A stretch of 64,000 bases of DNA, from positions 372,001-436,000 of the forward strand of contig JAYWIR010000003.1 in the NCBI GenBank assembly GCA_036172245.1, read 5' to 3'. The notes beneath the pieces were generated by a model, which did no database searches, had not been told where the DNA came from, and worked only from the letters and a program-made list of their open reading frames with translations. The DNA comes from Raillietiella orientalis. Its lineage: Eukaryota. Each line of letters begins with the position of its first letter. The stretch's first letter is position 1. Of the stretch, positions 22,601 to 35,000 are shown piece by piece. A program made the position numbers and the translations under genes.

Positions 22601-24000
22601 GGCCAAACTCGAAAAATTCTCCGAATTAATCCTCAGAAAAGCGGGCATGCGGATGACTGGATAGAAATCAGTGATCATCACTGTCGTTTCGGCGCGGGTG
22701 AAACAACCAGAATGCGCTCATAGTGGAATTCACTCGGTAAAATACCTTCAAGAAGTACTTCAAGCACCTCGAAGCCATGGAGAAAGAATTTCTGGCATTT
22801 AAAGCATGATATGGTTGCCTCTAAAAATTCAAAGTCAGCAAGGCTCTGACTCCGTTCTGAAATCTTCCTCCTTCACATGGAATACGCCTGTCTCCTCTCT
22901 TCGTTCACCCACTCCCTTTGCTGCCTCCTCTCTCCCTACTGAAGCGAGACGGAAAGTTGCTTCGGAAAACCCTATAGGACACCGAAAAATCTCAGGTCCG
23001 CCTCGAGGACTACACCTCCTCCCTCCTTAACTCCGGTCTTGGCATCCTCACAGTGCAGAAGATGGGAGTTTCGGCTCCTCTTCCAAAAGACAAAAGTTCG
23101 TGTCCAAGCACTGGGACGACCGCTAGCGTCGCCCGGCCCAGAACGTAATTCGTGGCCTGGTAAGTCACGGACCTGCGTCTCTTGGACCCAACGGTCACCG
23201 CGGTGTTCGTTCCTTGAGTTTCCTTCTGAGCGGATGTCTCCATTACTGAGAGGGAATCATCGGGTCCTTCCGGTCCGCCAACTGTAGTGGTTGCAGCGAG
23301 AAGATATGTATTCTTGGTCCCACATCAGAGATGTCGGGCTAGGCCAGTGGCATTTCCTAGCTCACCTAGGGAAAATCACCGTAGTAGAAATAATGCGGGA
23401 TGCCCGGAAGTGGTGTCGCGTCTGCTGTCATTTCTTAGCCCACATGCCATGTGCCTTGCTCAGAAGAGAGGGCAGTACGCAGTCAGCAAAATGAGAGATC
23501 GTCTACTGTGCCACAAACAGATCAGCTTCCCTTCGGAAGCGGACGACGGGTCAGTTAGTGAAGGAAGCTGCTCCGCCCACACAAGCAAGAGGCCTCCGTC
23601 GTGGGGCTGAATCCTTTGGAATCGACCCAGAGGTCTTAGCGGCCCCTCCTATGTGCAAAAAGATTCGTCACCTTCTCTGAGACTGCAGAAGAATGTAGCG
23701 CTGCTTCTGCGCAGAGGGTTGTAGTGCAATCGTCTCTCACACATTGCCTCCGGAGGGAGATGTCTACCCACTGGGCATGGTGTGGCCTGGAGTTCAAGCT
23801 GTGCTGCAGGGATGTCCATGTATGGTTACGGCTCTTTTCCTTCCCAATGACGGACTCAAAGGTATTCTCGAGGGCTTCTTCCTTGTCCACAGCCTTTCGT
23901 TTCTCCCACGGCGACAATCTCACTAGTGTGCTTCCTCCGTGGGATTGTAATGCCAAGGCCGCAACCTCTGTTTCTCGGGATGGGAACGAGAAGCCATCAA
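19700..24000 (+). mobile_element. Degenerate L1/Tx1-clade ORF2 (APE endonuclease - RT - CCHC region)
   Basis: Motifs in the expected order: SVDH (endonuclease SDH, ~20080), DLCSFNEWRFIALL (NWRPISLL, ~21450), SDSKKVFDCISKKFLFDLLESFGF (~21720), VRQGNKFFTMLFNIYFE (~22434), KYL, and C-terminal LQKNVALLLRRGL*CN. Many stops and frameshifts; boundaries approximate. Confidence 0.8.
21890..22400 (+). mobile_element. Fragment of a related element nested in the RT domain
   Basis: Separates NVNGYSG from VRQG. Nucleotide similarity to 55490-55750 (gagaaaatggagccgtcccc / gtgaaaatggagccctacccc; gagttggttgatactcccc / gagctggttgacacttcccc). Confidence 0.6.
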
Positions 24001-25699
24001 ACATGCACATTCTCTACTTAAGAGGAGCTGAGAGATTTCCCCGAATGGATGCGCAGGTGAAAACAGGAAATCGCTTTAATAGCATAGCGAACCGATCGAC
24101 AACCGCATTCTTTAGACAAACTTTGTTTTTCTTTTTTGTTACCCACCAGACTTTGCCTTGCAGAGTGCTCAGGCGCGCTCAAGTCCTTTCCTCTGGGCGA
24201 CCATTGGAATCGTGTTGTTGTGTGCTTACTTCCGTAATAAATGCCCTGGCACAACAGGGTCAAGAAAAGCTCAATGCTCAGTTTCCTATAAGATTATGAG
24301 GCAACCTCTCGGAATTGGAAACTCAGTTTAGTGTTTTCTATAACAGACAAAAGGAGCGGATTTCAGGCGCCTTAATGTCAGCTTGATTTTGGTAGACGCA
24401 TGCGGCCGGATCGAATGCAAACGAGAGGTCCAGTGGTACGGCTTTCCGGTATTAATCAAAAACTGGATCTACATCGATCTGTATCAGCTATCGTTGCCAT
24501 TTAATATGAAAGAAAGATCTCGGAAAATGTAAGGAAAACTTACACCGTAAAGACTAAAAAGAATTTCAGAGTCATCAGTACAAAAAAAAACAAATGTATG
24601 AATAGTTCTTCCATCGTTCTTCCTCTAAGTCAGTTTCCCACTCGCAAGCGAGTGACCTCAGCTTCCAGCAGGACGAGTCCAGGTTTGTGCAAACCGATTT
24701 TTGCTCGTTTCGGAGTAATGTGGAGGAGACATCGACGAAATCTGAAGCTGATACACTTTTTTTTTTTTTTTTCCGAAGCAATTTTTTTTTTTTTTTTTGA
24801 AAACGCAGTGCCATTTTATTTACACATTTGTTTTCATTTTTGCCCCTCCATTGTGCGTCAGCCACGAGACTTTTTCCCTTCGAAAATACATGCAAGGAGC
24901 AGATTTGTTTTTCCCAGTGAACAATGATGCTGTTCGATGGTCCACGTTCATCGATTCCGCTTCAGCGTGGCTCATGGAAAAAAACTGGAAAGGACGAAAA
25001 ACAGAAGATGAGAAGTGTGAGCAGCGGAGCGTTCGAATTTAACGGGCAAACCTCGTGAGGAGAAAATCTTTTCGAAGGTTTTGCCTTTTACGAAAGTTCT
25101 CGAACCCTTCAGACAAGAAGCGCTTGCTTGATGCCGGGACTGCCCTTCATACCTTTCCAGCAAACTTTCTCCCACCTTTCCCTCCATTACTACTGCAGCA
25201 AAACGCCGATCCACGTGTTTGTTTGCTGCTGCATTTTTGTGGATGAACTAGAAAATCATCGAGGAAAAGAGGAGACACCCACACACAAGTCATCGGATAA
25301 CTTCCGCACGCTTCGAATGAGGTGATTTTCATAGCAACGGCTGTACCAGAGGGGGTATGCATGTGCAGGGAGAATTGTCCTGTGCTCTTCTCACACGGTC
25401 GCAACATACGGGAAACAACCCTTTGTCCAGTTGCATTGCTTGAATCCATCCCATCCATCCACTTCCAGGCATCTTCATGACTCCGTTCTCTGTACTTGTA
25501 GATGGGTCCACCTCGGTTTCCCGCTTACAACAGATTCAGGGGAATTCTTGATGTAGAGGGGCGGGCAAGGGAGGATGGCGGAAGGTTTAGTTCGAAATCC
25601 CGAACTCCGAAATCCTGAACGATCATAAAAATAAATACATATGCATATTATATATATTAATATATAGGCTGTCCTCTCCTGTAAGGCTGTCCAGGTAGA

Positions 25700-26340
25700 G
25701 GGGAGACGTCTTCGACGGCGGAATGTCCAGTTATTCCGCCCAACGGAGCAGTCCCTTAGCGCGGACATTGGCAGGTCTTCCACCGGCTCACCTCTTTCGT
25801 CGCCCCTACTCCTGAGGTTTAGAATTGTCGTTTCTCTCCCGTAGGAGGATAGCGCTGGGGCTGGAAGGGTGGAAGTGGAGCAAGTCCACTTCTCCCGGTT
25901 GTTCCCTTTCCGATTCCTCCAGAGAGACTGCTCCCAAGTTGTGGAAGGGACGTTTCGTCACTGCATCACTGAACTTGGTTCGGATCCAGGTTCCCTCTGG
26001 AATCCATGGTCCATTGGATGTCTGACCCGGTGCGGTGAGGTGCAATACTTTCCGCATTTCTTAGTGGACTGTGCTGCCCCGTGGGAAGGCACACGTGGGA
26101 ATGTTTCGCAGCGGTCCTGTCCTTCCCGGTGGGCCACTCCAGAGGCATTTGGGAGAACCTCTTCGTGAGGAGGCTCTTCCACGCCGTAGCGACCGCGGCT
26201 CTCTGAGGGATGCTGGCGGCGCGGGAAAAGGACGAACGACGGGGGCCCCAGCCACTTCATGACCTGCTGATGAGGATCGCGGCCGAGGTGTACTTGCCTG
26301 GGAAGAAGTAAAGTGGAAGTTTCAGAGGATGCAGATGGTG
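25700..26340 (-). mobile_element. Possible further retroelement remnant
   Basis: GC-rich island in AT-rich DNA with fragmentary translation (AWKSLL...GPWIP) reminiscent of the post-RT region. No diagnostic motif. Confidence 0.25.
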
Positions 26341-27318
26341 TCATGGAACAGGCGTTGTTCTCTTCCCGAACTGCACGACCGAAAAATACATTTATTTATT
26401 TATTTTTGCCAAAATGCTATCGCGATAGGTATTATTTGATCCTTTGCTACTTAACCTTTTGTCACTAACCGTATTCGTAATTTTTTTGTCCTTCTTTATC
26501 GCTAAGCAAAGCATTTTCTTCCTTTGTCAATTCTTTAATTAAATCATCATCATTAAAGGATAGCTGAAACCCTGATTTGCTGTTTCCAGAGTCTATACAA
26601 GAGTTCCAACACCATTTCACATGCCATTTTCCCGGTCCTGTGTGAGCGAAGCACATACCACCAGCATGATCAGCTGTTACTCTATTGATATCTTCTTCAG
26701 AAACTTTTTGTGGGGATCGCAGTAAAATATTCTCCGCACGACAGACATTTATACTAAGAATTAATGGAATGAAACATTTCTGCGGAAGATTACGCATCAT
26801 CTATTCTATAACCTCACTTTCATCATAAACAGTAAAAAAACACTAAAAAAATGAGTGAACCCTGCCAATTAGGGGTTTTTGCAAAATTTTGAAAAGCCAC
26901 GTTTGCATCAAAACTTAGTTTGCTATGATCTGACTATTTTCTTGCATGAAAGCAGGAAAAAAGGCAAAAGAAACCCCCAGTCAATGTCTCTTTCAAGAAC
27001 TTGGCGTTAATGCCCTATACGTTCGAAAAGTAGCTGACCTTAGGATTGTAAATACCCATAATCTCATGATAAGGGAAATGTCGAAAATTGTCAAGCAATT
27101 TTTTACGAAGATGATTGGTTAAATTGGTTAAATTTTTAACTAATTAAAAAAAGACAAACAAAACCGCAACGTGAGTTGTTTACTGTTCTCTCAAAAACTC
27201 GGCGGTCGGTTCTCTCTTACACCGTTTAATAAGCGAGGCTCAGCTAATGTAGACAAAAATTCATAAAGACGAGTGGTGTCCATGCTGCAAAAATGAAACA
27301 TAACATATAGGCTGTGCT

Positions 27319-27354
27319 CAGTATACAACTAGGCGTGTGCCTAGTTGTATACTG
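27319..27354. repeat. Perfect 16-bp inverted repeat (hairpin)
   Basis: CAGTATACAACTAGGC-gtgt-GCCTAGTTGTATACTG. Confidence 0.9.
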
Positions 27355-27599
27355 TGCTTTTGTCACTGAATACACTTCTGGCGCCTGTTCATCTGGCGCT
27401 TCTGGCCTTGTAACATCTCAGTTTGATTGCGGGGAACAGACAGGGAACAGGACAGGGAACAGGACAGACAGACTTCAGCGCCACACCACTTGCGAACGAA
27501 GTCTGAGGGAAGCTCCGGACAGCATTACGCATACTGACTAGATTGATACTGACTAGGATGCTGGATCGTTTCGTCCGTGCTCCCGACGGTGGCTTCGCC

Positions 27600-30500
27600 G
27601 ACCGACCGGCCGACATTCCGGCGTTCTCCTGCAGACTCTTGGGATTCGTGGAGCCTTACCACCACTCCTGTGTGTTCATCGTTTTGTATCAATGAAAACT
27701 CCCGGCGTCGTCGGGTGGAGACAGGAAGGCTTCCCTGCGTTATCCCCCTCCGGAAAGGCCCGCCCGAGGATGGTGCCGAGGATACCTACCACTCTGAGAA
27801 GAGATGTAGGAAATCTTTGAAACCATCCCAGTCTGTCTTGCGCGAAATGCTGCGGTCCGCTGGCAAGGTTCGGAGTTCCAATTTCCCCTCCCCCTCCTCC
27901 GGTATACTCCGGAACCGCGTCTGGAAGGGCGACATGCAGAGAGTGGGGCCCCGAGTCGGATCCTAGGGCATTCTGGGCCGCACTCATCCCCGCCCAAGAA
28001 CACGCGCTCTGCGAAGACCCCGGGCTCGAGGCGCGCGTCTCTGCACAGATCCCGTTGGCCTATGGGAGGAAGCTCAGGAGCCGTGCCTCATCCGCAGGCA
28101 CGCGGGAGCTCACTATCATCAGGCGAACGGCCTCCGAGTACGCGGGCGAAGCCGGCCCTACACTGGGAAGGAGGGCTCCCCTGCAGAGGATGCCGGAAGA
28201 CATGCTCCACCCCCATTCCTGCATGCGGTGAGTGGGAAGGGGGGAGTCACACCCTCCAGCCGCCTGGAGGGTGGGAATCGGCTGCCCTCTTCCTTGCATA
28301 GGCTCGCGGGGGAGAAGCGGGGAATTGGGAGATATTGTACTTTAACCGAGCGGGGTGACCTGCCCATCTGTCCCGAGAGGAGAAAGGGAGGGAGAGGAAA
28401 GTGAACGTCGGAAAGGGTCCTCAAGATCTCCCCAGGCAGATGCCCAGGCGAAGCTGAGGTGGCGAACCACCAGCTCGGCCTGCACCTGGCAAGGTGGGAG
28501 CAGTGGCCTCCCTGTTTCAGCGGTGGCTAGTAGACGGGAGCTCTGCTTCACGTCCGGAACCTCCGCACAGACCCGCAGCCCCCTCTTCCCCCCTTTTCTC
28601 TTCGCAGGCGTTCGAGCGTTTGCGCACGCCGGGACGTTGACCATTCCTCCTCATCATCTCCCCCCTCCCGCCCCCACTGGTGGGCGAGGTGGGTGGGGGA
28701 GGGGCACCTGCTCCTTCCTTCTCTTGCCGGTCCCTCGCAGGCGTCGTGGCAAGCGCGAGGGTCGGTGGACCGCTGCCGCGGCTAGAGAGGGAGCAGCGGA
28801 ACCTGCGAGGTGTGGAACGACTACGGGGAGCTGCGGGGCGGAGTACATCCGCGGTGCTCCATTCCCGCCGGGAGCTTCCGGACGAGATACGAGTAGCCCA
28901 GCAGAGTCTTCCTCGTATTTTTCCCGCCTCTCGCCGTGGTCCGCTGGCGCAGGCGAGAGGGGAGGCGCCACAGAGGACGAGAAATCGCCTCGCCCCAGCG
29001 GGCTGGCGAGGAGATTTCGCTTGGCTTTCCTTTCTCCTGACGCATTGATCGGGTGCCCGTGAGGACAGGGGCGAATGCGGTTGGTCCCTTCGGGGGAGGA
29101 GTTCCTGGAGGAAACTTTCCGGAGAGAATGGAGGAGGGACTCCCTCTCCCGGTGTGGCCCCTTCTCCTTTCCCCTCAGACCACCAGGGAGGGGTCCCAGG
29201 TGACGTCTGGCGGACAGCGCGCCCGTCGTCACACGCACTCTGGGCACCCCACCTCTCCCCCCCCCCCCCCAACGTGCCCCTTTCTTTGACTCTCCTTTCC
29301 TTTTTTGTTGTTGTTGCTTCTTCTTCCCTTGCGTGTTTCCCTTGGAGACGGCGGACACTCCGGCGCAAGCGGGTGTCTCAGAGGCGCTTCTTCGCGTCAC
29401 CGAACGGTTCTGCGCCCGGCGCGGTCTCTTGCTGCCGCGTTTGCTTGACCACTCCTACCGGGACACGCGTGGGGAAGGAGGGAGGGAGGGGATGCTCTTG
29501 CATCCCCGCCTGTTCGGGCCACGCGAGTGCGACGCAGGGAGGGTCGAGTTCTCCAGAGGAAGGACGAGTGTACGAGACGTGGAGCCGGACGAGATGCAAG
29601 TCACCGCGCTCCTCGTCCAGCTCGGCACTGCTCAGTGACCTGCGCCATAATTCCCCTTTGAACGTGCGGCACAGACCCTCCTCCGGATGAGGGGGAAAGG
29701 GGAAGGGGAAGCGCGTCCCGTCGATTCTCCCGACCTCCGATGTATCAGGCTGGAAACGGAGGGAGGAGGCGCGTGTTTGGCCTCAGAGCGCCCTCCTCCG
29801 CAGCAGGACGGGATGATCTCGGGACGCGCCGAGGGGAAGGCCCAGGGCAGACCGGAAGCTTTGGTCTAGGGGAGCAGATGCGAGAGCGAGGATTCGAGAG
29901 AGGTGAAAACCTCGCGATGCGGCTCCGAAAAACAAATGACGTCACCGCTGGTGATGGACCGACCAACCTCGGACCTTCTTCGCAGTCGCTTGAGGCGAGC
30001 CCGGAAGGAACGGATGCGGAAGGAAGAGAGGGGGAGAGAGGGAGGGAGGGTGATGTGGATGCTGCTGACAGGAGATCCTCTGTGTAGAAATGCGAAGAAC
30101 GGTATCTCTCGGCTCGACACTTTCTCCGGGAACGCTCGCTATAGCTGCGGAGGGGTTTCCAGGCAGCGCGGCGCTTGGCGGGGGGGGGGGGGGGAGGCGC
30201 TGGCGGAACCGCAGTAAATATCCGGAAGAAGCGGAGAAGACGTGATCTTAACAACTCCAGGATCAGCCTGTGGCCTCCTGAGGGCCCTCGGGTTTCTGAG
30301 AGGCCGCAAGCATTGCGTCTCTGCCGACGGGGCGTCGAATCTCTGCGCGTCTGCTGGGGAGAGCTACCGTCACAGGGGAAGAAAAGAAGAGGGAGCGGGC
30401 GGGGGAGGAAGAAAAACGAGGCCTCTCCCGCTCGAGATCGACTCGACTCGGCGTCACGAGAGAGCTGGTATGTTCCATCACCGCCGGCAACCCCCGTCTG

Positions 30501-31000
30501 TCACCTTTCCCCCTCCTCCCCCGTCAGATGTTCCGTCGTCACCGACTGCTTCGAGTGAGGCTCGCCGCTACCATGACTCTGAACTTCTGGATTCTTGGAA
30601 AACGGCGCGCGTCAGAGCGCTGCCTTCGCCTCGTCTGCGCCGCCGGCGGGGAGAGGAAAAGAGGAGACACGGACAGCCCCGAGATGAAACTGAAAGGAAG
30701 GCTCCGCTGCCACCCGCGTAGCCCTCTGGAAACGAAAGCTCAGAGAGGGGCGTAGCAACGGGAGTCCCTCTCGAGGGGTGCTCGCAGCAGGACGTGCGCG
30801 GTAGATTCCTCCCGAGCTGAAGAGTGTGCGCTCCGGGAGCCACCGACCCGGTTGGCAGCAGAGCCGTAGGCGTAGCTCCTGCCTCCTCCAAGGACCTGAT
30901 TCCCGGGACCCTTACTGCTGGTTGTCAGGCGTTCCTTCTCCTCCTCCTCTTCCCTTCCGTTCCCGTCTTCCTCCGGAGGCACCGGCGCGCGTAGGGTGCT
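27600..31000 (-). mobile_element. Highly eroded, GC-rich L1/Tx1-like ORF2 relic
   Basis: Ordered remnants on the - strand: PWRRQELR (~30890, NWRPISL), GVVKITSSPLLPDIY (~30250, GVRQG.PLSPLL), FYTEDLL (~30069-30089, YADD position), and a C-terminal ECP..DSGPH..SAC knuckle with GTPNL (~27900-27980). Confidence 0.55.
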
Positions 31001-32045
31001 GGCTTTGCGGAAGACGCGCAGTTGCTCTCCCCCCCCGTAGGAACTGGGTCACGCGCGGCGGACTTTCGGAGATCTGGACAGGAAATCGAATCGAGGGAGT
31101 TTGACTACTGTCCAGAGGAAATCCGGAAATTTCCATCGGGAAGGGGGGGAGGTTTCCGCATGGCGAGTGGTCTCCGCAGAAGACGGCGGACGGCCTCCCC
31201 CCTTCCATCCCTGGGAGATCGCGGTCGCTTCGTCTCTGCCGCGTTGCCACCGGGCCGTTCCGCCCGGTGTCTCCCGAGTGGCGTTCCCTCGTCGGCGAAT
31301 TCGCCGTTCTGGGTGGTGTTCGGCAGGGAGGAGGAACGCCCTGAAGACTCGCCCTCGTTTTCATCTCGACGGAGCCCGCCCTAGCGAACCCTTTCGGGGG
31401 AGGAGGAGGGTGGATCGCTCTTTCCCCTTCCTGCCTTCAGGGGAAAAAAGAGTGGAAGGGTGGTAGGTAGGGAGGAACGCGAAGCCTTTCCCTCGCAGCG
31501 CCGGAGCACGAGGAGCGGGATCGTCCCGAACAGGGAATGGGTCCTACGGGAAGAGCGGCGCGGGGACTGAGTTCGGAAAAGTTCGCGCCACTTTTCTCCT
31601 CCTCGACCCCGCCCGGCCGTGGATACTCCCGCACTTTCCAGAGGGTCGAAAGAGAAAGGAGCCTCCCGAGCAGCGGGAAAGAAGCAGCGGCGCATGTGGT
31701 GGTTGGTAAAAGACAAGAAAGAAAAAAAGAAGCAAAAGGAAGGGATAATGGACCTTGATGACCTTCCGGCTCTGGAGAGGAGAGTGGGGCCCGCGGGTCT
31801 CTCGGAGAAGGTCGGCATGACTTCCACTCTCTCAGCGCTTCCCGCTTCCTCTCAGAGACCTGCCCCACATTCGAGGAGTGAGGGGGGAGCAGGGCAAGAG
31901 GACAAAAGGGGAACGCGGCCGGGTGTACGCGACTCTTAGCGGATCCGCGCCTAGAACGAACGGTGGCGGCAGTGGCAGCAGCAGCAGCGACAGCGCGGAT
32001 GAGTCGTGCGGCGACGGCGGAGGCGCCTCGCGGCTGGTGACAGAC

Positions 32046-35000
32046 ATGGCGGGTCTGCCCAAGTTCCTCTACCTGATGACTCTCGGCTACTCCTTCTACT
32101 TCAACCTGAAGAACGACCTCATCGGCGACATCGACAACCCGAACGGATTCAGCAACCTCTTCGTGCCCGACGTAGAGAAACCCTTCGATTTCATTGTGGG
32201 TGAGTTTCCTTTTTCCCTCCCCCCTTCCGCCTCCTCCTTCATCCGGGCGTGCGTGTGGGAAAAGAAGTCTGGAAGTGCACGTGCGCAAAGTCCGGCAGCG
32301 GGTCCCATATCCCAGTGCCAGTGGCGCGTCCCGCCCCGCAAGAACAGGGGAAAGCCTTCCCCGGCCGGGAATGATTGACCTCCGTTCCGAGATCCGCGGG
32401 TGGGCTCCCCTGGCACCGGGGAGCTCGCAGGCGGCGCGAGAGTGCTGCTACCTACCGGAAAGCTGTGGATTGGCGAGACCCGACCGCAGCGGCAGCAGAC
32501 TCCACGGAGCTCTTCCCTGCTGGTTTCCACCCTCCCACCCCCCCCACTAACGCGACGTGTGCGCTCCCGCTAAAGTTCATAGCGTCGGCGAGCATCTGTG
32601 GTGTGCATCATCCCATCCTCTCCCCTCCCCTTTCCCCCGTCTTTTTCCCTTTTTTGTTTCGTTTTACTGGTCCGCCGCGTGGCACGCTAACCGCGCGGTA
32701 GGGTCGTTTCGTGACTCCGAGGGCCCAGAGCCGCCTCACGATCCCGGGACGGACTGGCGTGAGGGATGTAGTCTCGTGGGGAGGTGGGCAGGGGGGATCT
32801 CCCCCCCCCACCTCCTCCGGCGATCACGTCTCCTCGTCCTGTCCGGCTGACCTCCACTTATTCGGCAGCGTCCACTTGTGAGAGTCCGCATCGTGACAGG
32901 CCAGGAGGAGACGTCGTAGCCGTCGCCGAAGAGTCGAAGAGGGAAGGATCCCCGTCACTCATGGAGGTCACAGGCTACCCCACAGGCCGTTCGGAGTGTG
33001 GCGCGGCTGGCTTCAGGAACGGGCAGCCACCACGTTGGGTGTCAGCAGCCTCCTGCGGCGGGCGCTTTTCCCCTCTGCTCTGAACAGGGGCGCGTAGGCG
33101 TTGGCATACCGGGGGCGTACCCCACTCGGGAATGAGCGCGCGCAAGCAAAGGCTCTGGGACGAGTCCCTGCCGGCGACGTTCTCGCGGGCGTCCCTGGAG
33201 GCAGATCCCTTTCAGGGACCGCGCCGCCGCCGCGTCAGACTCTTGGGCGTTCCCTCCTCCGGCCGCCTCTGTGGACGTGGTATTCGAGTGCCACGTCCAC
33301 GAAGGAATCTCCCGGAGAACGCTCCTAGAGGTGGAATTGTCTCTGGTGAGGAAGAAGCTTCGGGTCCCCCGACCGCCTTCCGGAGCCACTGTGTTGCAAA
33401 AAGGGATGAAACGGGATGCCGGCAGGAGGCGGAAGAGTATCATTTCGTGAGGGAAGTCCTCGAAGCTCTTCTTCCGCTAAGAGCTTAAGAGGGAAACCAC
33501 CTCCAGTCACTAACAGAAATCACAGGCGACCCTACAGGCTGTTTGGGGTGCGGCGCGGCTGACTCGAGGAACGCTCCCAAGCCGAAGTCTCCGCGGGATG
33601 GAACGAACCGCGGCAGCGGTGGGACTCGTCCAGGTTGCTCTTCTGGTTCGTTTTTTGCTGGCCTCCCTCGCTCGGGTGCACCATGGAGAAGGAGCGGCAG
33701 TTTCCGCAGCCTCCTCTTGCTAGCGCGCGAGTGCGGATCTGGGGGCGAGTCGATCTCCGGGGTGGGCAGACGCGCGCACTCCGAGTGGGTGAAACGACAC
33801 TGAGAGTGAAAGCGGAGCCGGTCGCTAGGCAGCGCTCCTTGCAGCCTGAGCTTCCCCGCGATAGCATCTCCCGTTCGAGAGCGAGCAGCGAACCCTGAAT
33901 AACTGTTCCCAGAATTCGAGTTGGGGGCGGGTGACCCACATCCCTGTTGCGGCTGGAAGGCGGAGACGCGCTGAACGCCAAGCCTGCCGCTGGTCACCGT
34001 GGGGATCCGACCCCGGTCGCGGGAAGAGCGGCGGCCCCCCGAACGCGGTTGTGCCACGCGGGGTGAGATCCCCCCGGATGCACCCACCTCTTGCCTTCAA
34101 GGGTGCCGGCAACCCAGGGGTGTTCCCCCGCCGAAGCCGCGCCGGAAGGTTCTGGATCGAAGATCACCACACGGCGATCTTCGATCACCTGCCGGCAGAT
34201 GTCAGTCCCAGTGTGGATCCCAGGAAGGGAAGGAACGAAGCAGAACTGAAATTTTGATTTTCGGACCTGGCATCTCGACGCTGCAGAGGAGGGAGGAAGG
34301 AGTGGTCGGTCTCATCCCATGCCGAAGACGGATCCCCCTTCTCCCCTTCGCATGCTCCCCCCTTACTCCCTGCCTCCGCTGGGAGAGGTTGAACTTCCCT
34401 CAAGGAGGAAGGGGAGTGTCACAGCTGCTTCTACAGGATGGGTTCCCTTTTCTTCCTTCTCTCCCTCCCCTCCTGCTGCCTCTCGGTACCAAAAGTGGGA
34501 GGGAATGGGGGTGAAGCTCTCTGGTGCCTCCAAGGATTCTTATTGGCCGTCGTTGAGGACGGATGCCGAGGAGAGTGGTGGGGAGGGTTGGAGGAAACGC
34601 AGATGCTCCTGAGCTCGTCCGGGGGCTTCCTCTCAGCACAGGGGTGGTAAGTCGCGGCAAGGGTGCGCAGGTTCCCCCCTCATTGTCCCCCTCTTCCTCT
34701 CTTTCCTTTTGTCCTGCCGGTTTTCCTGGTTCGGGGAAAGGAGTTGACCGGGATCAGTTTGCCCCATTGGATGCGGTGACACAGGACGCGAGGATGAGGC
34801 CCCAAGGAGGGGAAAGTTTCGAGCCAGGGCTGCCGTTGAAGAGCTGGGAGGCGGAAGCCGGGCCGTAGCCGTGGGAAGGGCAATTCTTGGTGCCGCGGAG
34901 CCTCCCGTTCGGAAGGGTGAAGCAAAACCACGCGGCTCGTCGCCGGCCAGCTGCGAGTCATCCCACGAGCGCGTCCTCAGTTGCGCAGCAACGGCTGCTC

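Noticed and set aside
26465..26800. 111-aa minus-strand ORF in AT-rich DNA, possibly a DNA-transposon fragment
   Set aside because: No recognisable motif or terminal inverted repeats that I could support.
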